Shown here piece by piece: positions 53,201 to 64,000 of a stretch of DNA of 64,000 bases. A model generated the notes under the pieces. The model did no database searches. It saw nothing but the letters and a program-made list of their open reading frames with translations, and was not told the DNA's origin. The DNA is taken from contig NW_027362764.1 in the NCBI RefSeq assembly GCF_046119375.1, positions 799,180,001 to 799,244,000 on the forward strand, read 5' to 3'. A program made the position numbers and the translations under genes. The stretch comes from Phyllobates terribilis. Its lineage: Eukaryota. Position 1 is the stretch's first letter, and each line of letters starts with the position of its first letter.

Positions 53201-56200
53201 CAGAGCTGTATGATCAGTGTCACCACCTGGTCCCTGCAGAGCTGTATGATCAGTGCCACCACCTTGTCCCTGCAGAGCTGTATGATCAGTGCCAAAATCT
53301 TGTCCCTGGAGAGCTGTTTGATCAGTGCCACCGCCTTGTCCTCGCAGAGCTACATGATCAGTGTCACCACCTTATCCCAGAAGAGCTGTATGATCAGTGC
53401 CACCACCTTGTTCCTGGAGAGCTGTTTGATCAATGCCTCCACCTTGTCCCCGCAGAGCTATATAATCAGTGCCACCACCTTGTCCCTGCAGAGCTGTATA
53501 ATCAGTGCGCCCACCTTGTCTCTGCAGAGCTGTATGATCAGTCACCACCTTGTCTCTGCAGAGCTGTATGATCAGTGTCACTACCTTGTCCCTGCAGAGC
53601 TTCATGATCATTGTCACCACCTTGTCTCTGCAGAGCTGTATGATCAGTGTCAACACCTTCTCCCTGCAGAGCTGTATGATCAGTGCCACCACCTTCTCCC
53701 CTTAGAGCTGAATGATCACAGCCACCACCTCCTCCCTACAGAGCTGTATGATCAGTGCCACCATCTTGTCTCTCCAGAGCTGTATGATCAGTGCCACCAC
53801 CTTGTCCCCTCAGAGCTGTATGATCAGTGACACCACCTTGTCCCCTCAGAGCTGTATGATCAGTGCCACCACCTTGTCTCCTCAGAGCTGTATGATCAGT
53901 GCCACCACCTTGTCTCCGCGGAGTTGTATAATCAGTGTCACCACCTTGTCCCTGCAGAGCTGTAAAATCAGTGTCACCACCTTATCCCTGCAGAGCTGTA
54001 TGATCAGTGCCACTGCCTTGTCCTTGCAGAGCTGTATAATCAGTGCCACCACCTTGTCCTTTCAGAGCTGTAAAATCAGGGCCACCACCTTGTCCCTGCA
54101 GAGCTGCATGATCAGTGCCACCACCTTGTCCCTGCAGAGCTGTATGATCAGTGTTACCACCTTGTCCCTGCAGAGCTGTATGATCAGTGCCACCACCTCG
54201 TCCCTGCAGAGCTGTATGATCAGTGCCATCACCTTGTCCCCGCAGAGCTGTATGATAAGTGCCACCATCGCGTCCCTGCAGAGCTGTATGATCAGTGCCA
54301 CCACCTTGTCCCCGCTGAGTTGTATGATCAGTGCCACAACCTTGTCCCTGCAGAGCTGTATGATCAGTGCCACCACCTTGTCCCTGCAGAGATGTATGAT
54401 CAGAGCCACCACGTTGTCCCTGCAGAGCTGTATGATCAGTGCCACCACCTTGTTCCTGGAGAGCTGTTTGATCAATGCCAACACCTGTCCCCGCAGAGCT
54501 ATATGATCAGTGTCACCACCTTGTCCCTGGAGAGCTGTATGATCAGTGCCACCACCTTGTCCCTGGAGGGCTGTTGATCAGTGCCATCACCTTGTCCCCG
54601 CAGAGCTATATGATCAGTGTCACCACCTTGTCCCTGCAGAGCTGTATCATCAGTGCCACCACCATGTCCCTGGAGAGCTGTTTGATCAGTGCCACCACCT
54701 TGTTCCCGCATAGCTATATGATCAGTGCCACCACCTTGTCCCTGCAGAGCTGTATGATCAGTGCCACCACCTTGTCCCTGGAGGGTTGTTGATCAGTGCC
54801 ACCACCTTTTCCCCGCAGAGCTATATGATCAGTGTCACCACCTTGTCCCTGCAGAGCTGTATGATCAGTGCCACCACCTTGTCCCTGGAGAGCTGTTTGA
54901 TCAGTGCCACCACCTTGTCCCCGCATAGCTATATGATCAGTGCCACCACCTTGTCCCTGAAGAGCTGTATGATCAGTGCCCTCACCTTGTCTCTGCAGAG
55001 CTGTATGATCAGTGTCATCATCCTTGTCCCAGCAGAGCTGTATGATCAGTGTCACCAACTTGTCTCTGCAGAGCTGTATGATCAGTGTCACCACCTTGTC
55101 CCTGCAGAGCTGTATGATCAGTGCCAAAACCTTGTCCCTGGAGAGCTGTTTGGTCAGTGCCACCACCTTGTCCCCGCAGAGCTGTATGATCAGTGTCACC
55201 ACCTTGTCCCTGCAGAGCTGTATGATCAGTGCCAACACCTTGTCCCCGCAGAGCTATATAATCCGTGCCACCACATTGTCCCTGCAGAGCTGTATGATCA
55301 GTGCCACCACCTTGACCCTGGAGAGCTGTTTGATCAGTGCCCCCACCTTGTCTCTGCAGCGCTGTATGATCAGTGTCACCACCTTGTCTCTGCAGAGCTG
55401 TAAGATCAGTGCCCTCACCTTGTCTCTGCAGAGCTGTATGATCAGTGCCACCACCTTGTCCCCGCAGAGCTACATGATCAGTGTCACCACCTTGTCCCTG
55501 CAGAACTGTATGATCAGTGCCACCACCTTGTCCCTGGAGAGCTGTTTGATCAGTGCCACCGCCTTGTCCCCGCATAGCTATATGATCAGTGCCACCACCA
55601 TGTCCCTGCAGAGCTGTATGATCAGTGCCCTCACCTTGTCTCTGCAGAGCTGTATGATCAGTGTCACCACCTTGTCCCTGCAGAGCTGTCCGATCAGTGT
55701 CATCATCCTTGTCCCTGCAGAGCTGTACGATCAGTGTCACCACCTTGTCCCTGCAGAGCTGTTTGATCAGTGCCACCACCATGTCCCCGCACAGCTACAT
55801 GATCAGTGTCACCACATTGTCCCTGCAGAGCTGTATGATCAGTGTCACCACCTTGTCCCTGCAGAGCTGTATGATCAGTGTCACCACCTGGTCCCTGCAG
55901 AGCTGTATGATCACTGCCACCACCTTGTCCCTGCAGAGCTGTATGATCAGTGCCAAAACCTTGTCCCCGGAGAGCTGTTTGATCAGTGCCACCGCCTTGT
56001 GCTCGCAGAGCTACATGATCAGTGTCACCACCTTATCCCAGAAGAGTTGTATGATCAGTGCCACCACCTTGTTCCTGGAGAGCTGTTTGATCAATGCCAC
56101 CACCTTGTCCCTGCAGAGCTATATAATCAGTGCCACCACCTTGTCCCTGCAGAGCTGTATAATCAGTGCCCCCACCTTGTCTCTGCAGAGCTGTATGATC

Positions 56201-59200
56201 AGTGTCACAACCTTGTCCCTGCAGAGCTACATGATCAGTGTCACCACCTTGTCCCTGCAGAACTACATGATCAGTGCCACCACCTTGTCCCTGGAGAGCT
56301 GTTTGATCAGTGCCACCGCCTTGTCCCCGCATAGCTATATGATCAGTGCCACCACCATGTCCCTGCAGAGCTGTATGATCAGTGCCCTCACCTTGCCTCT
56401 GCAGAGCTGTATGATCAGTGTCACCACTTTGTCCCTGCAGAGCTGTACGATCAGTGTCATCATCCTTGTCCCTGCAGAGCTGTACGATCAGTGTCACCAC
56501 CTTGTCCCTGCAGAGCTGTTTGATCAGTGCCACCACCATGTCCCCGCACAGCTACATGATCAGTGTCACCACATTGTCCCTGCAGAGCTCTATGATCAGT
56601 GTCACCACCTTGTCCCTGCAGAGCTGTATGATCAGTGTCACCACCTGGTCCCTGCAGAGCTGTATGATCAGTGCCACCACCTTGTCCCTGCAGAGCTGTA
56701 TGATCAGTGCCAAAACCTTGTCCCTGGAGAGCTGTTTGATCAGTGCCACCGCCTTCTCGCAGAGCTACATCATCAGTGTCACCACCTTATCCCAGAAGAG
56801 CTGTATGATCAGTGCCACCACCTTGTTCCTGGAGAGCTGTTTGATCAATGCCTCCACCTTGTCCCCGCAGAGCTATATAATCAGTGCCACCACCTTGTCC
56901 CTGCAGAGCTGTATAATCAGTGCCCCCACCTTGTCTCTGCAGAGCTGTATGATCAGTCACCACCTTGTCTCTGCAGAGCTGTATGATCAGTGTCACTACC
57001 TTGTCCCTGCAGAGCTTCATGATCATTGTCACCACCTTGTCTCTGCAGAGCTGTATGATCAGTGTCAACACCTTCTCCCTGCAGAGCTGTATGATCAGTG
57101 CCACCACCTTCTCCCCTTAGAGCTGAATGATCACAGCCACCACCTCCTCCCTACAGAGCTGTATGATCTGTGCCACCATCTTGTCCCTCCAGAGCTGTAT
57201 GATCAGTGCCACCACCTTGTCCCCTCAGAGCTGTATGATCAGTGACACCACCTTGTCCCCTCAGAGCTGTATGATCAGTGCCACCACCTTGTCTCCTCAG
57301 AGCTGTATGATCAGTGCCACCACCTTGTCTCCGCGGAGTTGTATAATCAGTGTCACCACCTTGTCCCTGCAGAGCTGTAAAATCAGTGTCACCATCTTAT
57401 CCCTGCAGAGCTGTATGATCAGTGCCACTGCCTTGTCCTTGCAGAGCTGTATAATCAGTGCCACCACCTTGTCCTTTCAGAGCTGTAAAATCAGGGCCAC
57501 CACCTTGTCCCTGCAGAGCTGCATGATCAGTGCCACCACCTTGTCCCTGCTGAGCTGTATGATCAGTGTTACCACCTTGTCCCTGCAGAGCTGTATGATC
57601 AGTGCCACCACCTCGTCCCTGCAGAGCTGTATGATCAGTGCCATCACCTTGTCCCCGCAGAGCTGTATGATAAGTGCCACCATCGCGTCCCTGCAGAGCT
57701 GTATGATCAGTGCCACCACCTTGTCCCCGCTGAGTTGTATGATCAGTGCCACAACCTTGTCCCTGCAGAGCTGTATGATCAGTGCCACCACCTTGTCCCT
57801 GCAGAGATGTATGATCAGAGCCACCACATTGTCCCAGCAGAGCTGTATGATCAGTGCCACCACCTTGTTCCTGGAGAGCTGTTTGACCAATGCCAACACC
57901 TGTCCCCGCAGAGCTATATGATCAGTGTCACCACCTTGTCCCTGGAGAGCTGTATGATCAGTGCCACCACCTTGTCCCTGGAGGGCTGTTGATCAGTGCC
58001 ATCACCTTGTCCCCGCAGAGCTATATGATCAGTGTCACCACCTTGTCCCTGCAGAGCTGTATGATCAGTGCCACCACCATGTCCCTGGAGAGCTGTTTGA
58101 TCAGTGCCACCACCTTGTTCCCGCATAGCTATATAATCAGTGCCACCACCTTGTCCCTGCAGAGGTGTATGATCAGTGCCACCACCTTGTCCCTGGAGGG
58201 TTGTTGATCAGTGCCACCACCTTATCCCCGCAGAGCTATATGATCAGTGTCACCACCTTGTCCCTGCAGAGCTGTATGATCAGTGCCACCACCTTGTCCC
58301 TGGAGAGCTGTTTGATCAGTGCCACCACCTTGTCCCCGCATAGCTATATGATCAGTGCCACCACCTTGTCCCTGAAGAGCTGTATGATCAGTGCCCTCAC
58401 CTTGTCTCTGCAGAGCTGTATGATCAGTGTCATCATTCTTGTCCCAGCAGAGCTGTATGATCAGTGTCACCAACTTGTCTCTGCAGAGCTGTATGATCAG
58501 TGTCACCACCTTGTCCCTGCAGAGCTGTATGATCAGTGCCAAAACCTTGTCCCTGGAGAGCTGTTTGGTCAGTGCCACCACCTTGTCCCCGCAGAGCTGT
58601 ATGATCAGTGTCACCACCTTGTCCCTGCAGAGCTGTATGATCAGTGCCACCACCTTGTCCCCGCAGAGCTAAATAATCCGTGCCACCACCTTGTCCCTGC
58701 AGAGCTGTATGATCAGTGCCACCACCTTGACCCTGGAGAGCTGTTTGATCAGTGCCCCCAACTTGTCTCTGCAGCGCTGTATGATCAGTGTCACCACCTT
58801 GTCTCTGCAGAGCTGTAAGATCAGTGCCCTCACCTTGTCTCTGCAGAGCTGTATGATCAGTGCCACCACCTTGTCCCCGCAGAGCTACATGATCAGTGTC
58901 ACCACCTTGTCCCTGCAGAACTGTATGATCAGTGCCACCACCTTGTCCCTGGAGAGCTGTTTGATCAGTGCCACCGCCTTGTCCCCGCATAGCTATATGA
59001 TCAGTGCCACCACCATGTCCCTGCAGAGCTGTATGATCAGTGCCCTCACCTTGTCTCTGCAGAGCTGTATGATCAGTGTCACCACCTTGTCCCTGCAGAG
59101 CTGTCCGATCAGTGTCATCATCCTTGTCCCTGCAGAGCTGTACGATCAGTGTCACCACCTTGTCCCTGCAGAGCTGTTTGATCAGTGCCACCACCATGTC

Positions 59201-62200
59201 CCCGCACAGCTACATGATCAGTGTCACCACATTGTCCCTGCAGAGCTGTATGATCAGTGTCACCACTTTGTCCCTGCAGAGCTGTATGATCAGTGTCACC
59301 ACCTGGTCCCTGCAGAGCTGTATGATCAGTGTAACCACCTTGTCCCTTCAGAGCTGTATGATCAGTGCCACAACCTTGTCCCTGGAGAGCTGTTTGATCA
59401 GTGCCACCACGTTGTCCCCGCAGAGCTATATGATCAGTGTCACCACCTTCTCCCTGCAGAGCTGTAGGATCAGTGACATCACCTTGTCCCTGGAGAGCTG
59501 TGTGATCAGTGCTACAACCTTGTCCCCGCAGAGCTATATGATCAGTGCCACCACCTTGTCCCTGCAGAGCTGTATGATCAGTGCCCCCACATTGTCTCTG
59601 CAGAGCTGTATGATCAGAGTCACCACCATGTCCCTGCAGAGCTGTATGATCAGTGTCACCACCTTGTCTCTGCAGAGCTGTATGATCAGTGTCACCACCT
59701 TGTCCCTGCAGAGCTGTATGATCAGTGCCACCACCTTGTCCCCTCAGAGTTGCATGATCACAGCCACCACCTTTTCCCTGCAGAGCTGTATGATCAGTGC
59801 CACCACCTTGTCCCTGCAGAGCTGTATGATCAGTGCCACCACCTTGTCCACTCAGAGCTTTATGATCAGTGCCAATAACCTCGTCCCCTCAGACCTGTAT
59901 GATCAGTGCCTCCACCTTGTCCCTTCAGTGCTGTATGATCAGTGCCACCACCTTGTCCCTGCAGAGCTGTATGATCAGTGCCACCACCTTGTCCACTCAG
60001 AGCTTTATGATCAGTGCCAATAACCTCGTCCCCTCAGACCTGTATGATCAGTGCCTCCACCTTGTCCCTTCAGTTCTGTGTGATCAGTGTCACCACCTTG
60101 TCCCTGCAGATCTGTATGATCAGTGCTACCACCTTGTCCCTGGAGAGCTGTTTGATCAGTGCCACCACCTTGTCCCCGCAGAGCTATATAGTCAGTGCCA
60201 CCACTCTGGCCCTGCAGAGCTGTATGATCAGTGCCCCCATCTTGTCTCTGCAGAGCTGTATGATCAGTGTCACCACCTTGTCTCTGCAGAGCTGCATGAT
60301 AAGTGTCCTCACCTTGTCTCTTCAGAGATCTATGATCAGTCTCACCACCTTGTCCCTACAGAGCTGTATGATCAGTGTCATCATCCTTGTCCCTGCAGAG
60401 CTGTATGATCAGTGTCACCACCTTGTCCCTGCTGAGCTGTATATTCAGTGTCACCACCTTGTCCCTGCAGAGCTGTATGGTCAGTGTCACAACCTTGTCC
60501 CTAGAGAGCTGTTTGATCAGTGCCACCACCTTGTCCCCGCAGAGCTGCATGATCAGTGTCACCACCTTGTCCCTGCAGAGCTGTATGATCAGTGCCACCA
60601 CCTTGTCCCTGGAGAGGTGTTTGATTAGTGCCACCACCTTGTCCCCGCAAAACTATATAATCAGTGCCACCACCTTGTGCCTGCAGAGCTGTATGATCAG
60701 TGCCCCCACCTTGTCTCTGCAGAGCTGTATGATCAGTCACCAACTTGTCTCTGCAGAGCTGTATGATCATTTTCACAACATTGTACCTGCAGAGCTGTAT
60801 GATCAGTGTCAACACTTTGTCTCTGCAGAGCTGCATGATCACAGCCACCACCTCCTCCCTGCAGAGCTGTATGATCAGTGCCACCACCTTGTCCCTGCAG
60901 ATCGGTATGATCAGTGCCACCAACTTGTCCCCTTGTCGCCTCAGAGCTGTATGATCAGTGCCACCACCTTGTCCCCTCAGAGCTGTATGATCAGTGCCAA
61001 CACCTTTTCCCATCAGAGCTGTATGATCAGTGCCACCACCTTGTCCCCGCAGATTTGTATGATCAGTGTCACCACCTTGTCCCTGCAGAGCTGTATGATC
61101 AGTGTCACCACCTTGTCCCTTAACAGCTGTATGATCAGTGCCACCACCTTGTCCCTGGAGATCTGTTTAATCAGTACCACCACCTTGTCTCTGCAGAGCT
61201 GTATGATCAGTGTCACCACCTTGTCCCTGCAGAGGTGTATGATCAGTGTCAGCATCCTTGTCCCTGGAGAGCTGTTTGATCAGTGCCACCACCTTGTCCC
61301 CGCAGAGCTATATGATCAGTGCCACCACCATGTCCCTGCAGAGCTGTATGATCTGTGCCCCCACCTTGTCTCTGCAGAGCTGTATGATCAGTGTCTCCAC
61401 CTTGTCTCTGCAGAGCCGTATGATCAGTGTCACCACCTTGTCTCTGCAGAGCTGTATGATCAGTTCCACCACCTTGTCCACTCAGAGCTGCATGATCACA
61501 GCCACCACCTCCTCCCTGCAGAGCTGTATGATCAGTGCCACCACCTTGTCCCCTCAGAGCTGTATGATTAGTGTCACCACCTTGTCCCATCAGAGCTGTA
61601 TGATCAGTGTCACCACCTTGTCCCAGCTGAGCTTTATGATAAGTGTCACCACCTTGTCCCTGCAGAGCTGTATGATCAGTAGAACCACTTTGTCCCTGGA
61701 GAGCTGTTTGATCAGTGCCACCACCTTGTCCCCGCAGAGCTGTATGATCAGTGCCACCAACTTGTCTCTGCAGAGCTGTTTGATCAGTGCCACCACCTTG
61801 TCTCTGCAGAGTTGCATGATCAGTGTCACCACCTTGTCCCTGCAGAGCTGTATGATCAGTGCCCCCACCTTGTCTCTGCAGAGCTGTATGATCAGTGTCA
61901 CAACTTTGTCTCTGCAGAGTTGTACGATCAGTGTCTCCACCTTGTCCCTACAGAGCTGTATGATCAGTGCCACCACCTTGTCCCTGCAGAGCTGTATGAT
62001 CAGTGCAACCAACTTGTACCCGCAGAACTATATGATCAGTGCCACCATCATGTCTCTGCAGAGCTGTTTGTTTAGTGCCCCCACATTGTCTCTGCAGAGC
62101 AGTTTGATCAGTGCCACCACCTTGTCCCTGCAGAGCTGTATGATCAGTGCCACCACCTTGTCCCTGCAGAGCTGTATGATCAGTGCCACCACCTTGTCCA

Positions 62201-64000
62201 CTCAGAGCTGCATGATCACAGCCAACACCTCCTCCCTGCAGAGCTGTATGATCAGTGCCACCAACTTGTCCCTGCAGATCTGTATGATGAGTGCCACCAC
62301 CTTGTCCCCTCAGAGCTGAATGATCAGTGCCACCACCTTGTACCCTCAGGGCTGTATGATCAGCGCCACCACATTGTCCCCTCAGAGCTGTATGATCAGT
62401 GCCACCACCTTGTCCCCGCAGAGCTGTATGATCAGTGTCACCACCTTGTCCCTGCAGAGCTGTTTGATTAGTGTCAGCGCCTTGTCCCTGCAGAGCTGTA
62501 TGATCAGTACCACCACATTGTTCCTGGAGAGCTGTATGATCAGTGCCACCACCATGTCCCTGCAGAGCTGTATGATTAGTGCCCCCACCTTGTCTCTGCA
62601 GAGCTGTATGACAGTGTCACCACCTTGTCTCTGCAGAGCTGTATGATCAGTGTCACCACCTTGTCCCTGAAGAGGTGTATGATCAGTGCCACCACCTTGT
62701 CCCTGGAGAACTGTTTGATCAGTGCCACCACCTTGTCCCCACAGAGCTATATAATCAATGCCACCACCTTGTCTCTGCAGAGCTGTATGATCAGTCACCA
62801 CCTTGTCTCTGAAGAGCTGTATGATCAGTGGCACCGCCTTGTCTCTGCAGAGTTGTATGATCAGTGTCACCACCTTGTCCCTGCAGAGCTGTATGATCAG
62901 TGTCATTATCCTTGTCCCTGGAGAGCTGTTTGATCAGTGCCACCACCTTGTCCCCGCAGAGCTGTATGATTAGTGCCCCCACCTTGTCTCTGCAGAGCTG
63001 TATGACAGTGTCACCACACTTGTCCCTGCAGAGCTGTATGATCAGTGTCACCGCCTTGTCCCTGCCGAGCTGTATGATTAGTGCCCCCACCTTGTCTCTG
63101 CAGAACTGTATGATCAGTGTCACCACCTTGTCTCTGCAGAGTTGTACGATCAGAGTCACCACCTTGTCCCTACAGAGCTGTATGATCAGTGCCACCACCT
63201 TGTCCCTGCAGAGCTGTATGATCAGCGCCACCACCATGTCCCCGAAGAGCTATATGATCAGTGCCACCAAAATGTCTCTGCAGAGCTGTATGATTAGTGC
63301 CCCACCTTGTCTCTGCAGAGCAGTTTGATCAGTGCCACCACCTTGTCCCTGCAGAGCTGTATGATCAGTGCCACCACCTTGTCCCTGCAGAGCTGTATGA
63401 TCACAGCCACCATCTCCTCCCTGCAGAGCTGTATGATCAGTGCTACAACCTTGTCCCTGCAGAGCTGTATGATCAGTGCCACAACCTTGTCCCCTCAGAG
63501 CTTTATGATCAGTGCCACCACCTCGTCCCCTCAGACCTGTATGATCAGTGCCACCACCTTGTCCCTTCAGTGCTGTATGATCAGTGCCACCACCTTGTCC
63601 CTGCAGAGTTGTATGATCAGTGCCACCCCCTTGTCCCATCAGAGCTGCATGATCACAGCCACCACCTCCTCCCTGCAGAGCTGTATGATCAGTGCCACCA
63701 CCTTGTACCTGCAGAGCTGTATGATCAGTGCAACCACCTTGTCCCCTCAGAGCTGTATGATCCGTGCCACCACCATGTCCCCTCAGAGCTGTATGATCAG
63801 TGCCACCACATTGTCCCCTCAGAGCTGTATGATCAGTGCCACCACCTTGTCCCCGCAGAGCTGCATGATCAGTGTCCCCACCTTGTCTCTGCAGAGCTGT
63901 ATGATCAGTTTCACAACTTTGTCTCTGCAGAGTTTTACGATCAGTGTCACCACCTTGTCCCTACAGAGCTGTATGATCAGTGCCACCACCTTGTCCCTGC
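20224..64000 (+). repeat. 36-bp satellite, about 1,200 head-to-tail monomers, derived from the H1 3'-processing signal; continues past the window end
   Basis: Consensus GATCAGTGCCACCACCTTGTCCCTGCAGAGCTGTAT in a single orientation. (43,777 - 339)/36 is about 1,207. Each consensus monomer has PstI, AluI and BclI sites. The first monomer overlaps the H1 stem-loop. Confidence 0.99.
21438..21776 (-). mobile_element. Internal L1 fragment (ORF1 C-terminus plus inter-ORF sequence) inserted in the satellite
   Basis: Minus strand IAYSMLYPAKLRVVALGGVHIFQTPEEATIWLDQN...stop (21776-21642) resembles the L1 ORF1p C-terminal YPAKL...F.TPEEA..WL motif. There is no polyA tail. This is the only non-satellite insert I saw in 44 kb. 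Confidence 0.75.

Noticed and set aside
20224-64000. Hundreds of long ORFs (up to 827 aa) reading AELYDQCHHLVP, QSCMISATTLSL, TDHTALQGQGGG or LIIQLCRDKVVA, including a tempting Cys/His-rich metal-binding-like repeat
   Set aside because: A 36-bp period keeps four of six frames open by construction. 34-, 35- and 37-bp monomers and stop codons break every frame repeatedly, and there is no promoter or frame preservation.
20224-64000. U7 snRNA gene or pseudogene array on the minus strand
   Set aside because: Only the 9-nt guide segment matches; there is no Sm site or 3' hairpin. The match follows from HDE complementarity.
20224-64000. Each monomer forming an SLBP-type stem-loop
   Set aside because: The 5' arm GGCTCT is absent. 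The best fold (GCUG-UAUGAU-CAGU) is a weak 4-bp stem with a 6-nt loop, unlike the 6-bp/4-nt consensus.

Overview
Vertebrate genomic DNA, most likely a frog (inferred from the H1 subtype and the repeat families), with one 171-N gap. 1-3.8 kb: a palindrome- and hairpin-rich non-autonomous hAT-like element plus Tc1 pieces. 5.3-10.9 kb: four intact, co-oriented replication-dependent histone genes (H1, H4, H3.2, H2A), each with a promoter, 3' stem-loop and histone downstream element (HDE); no H2B is present in the window. 10.9-19.8 kb: nested decayed transposons (Gypsy gag, hAT, two CR1, Tc1, DD41D), minisatellites and a disabled cold-shock-domain ORF. 19.8-20.2 kb: a promoterless 5'-truncated H1 paralog. 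20.2-64 kb: a 36-bp satellite of about 1,200 monomers that runs off the window end, has layered higher-order repeats and carries one L1 fragment. Main observation: the monomer is the H1 3'-processing signal itself (3' arm of the stem-loop, ACCAC cleavage region and the U7-pairing core AGAGCTGTA). It is present as about 12 copies behind the intact H1 and about 1,200 copies behind the dead H1. The hundreds of ORFs inside the array are artefacts of the 36-bp period. U7 and family consensus sequences are recalled from memory; no database search was run.
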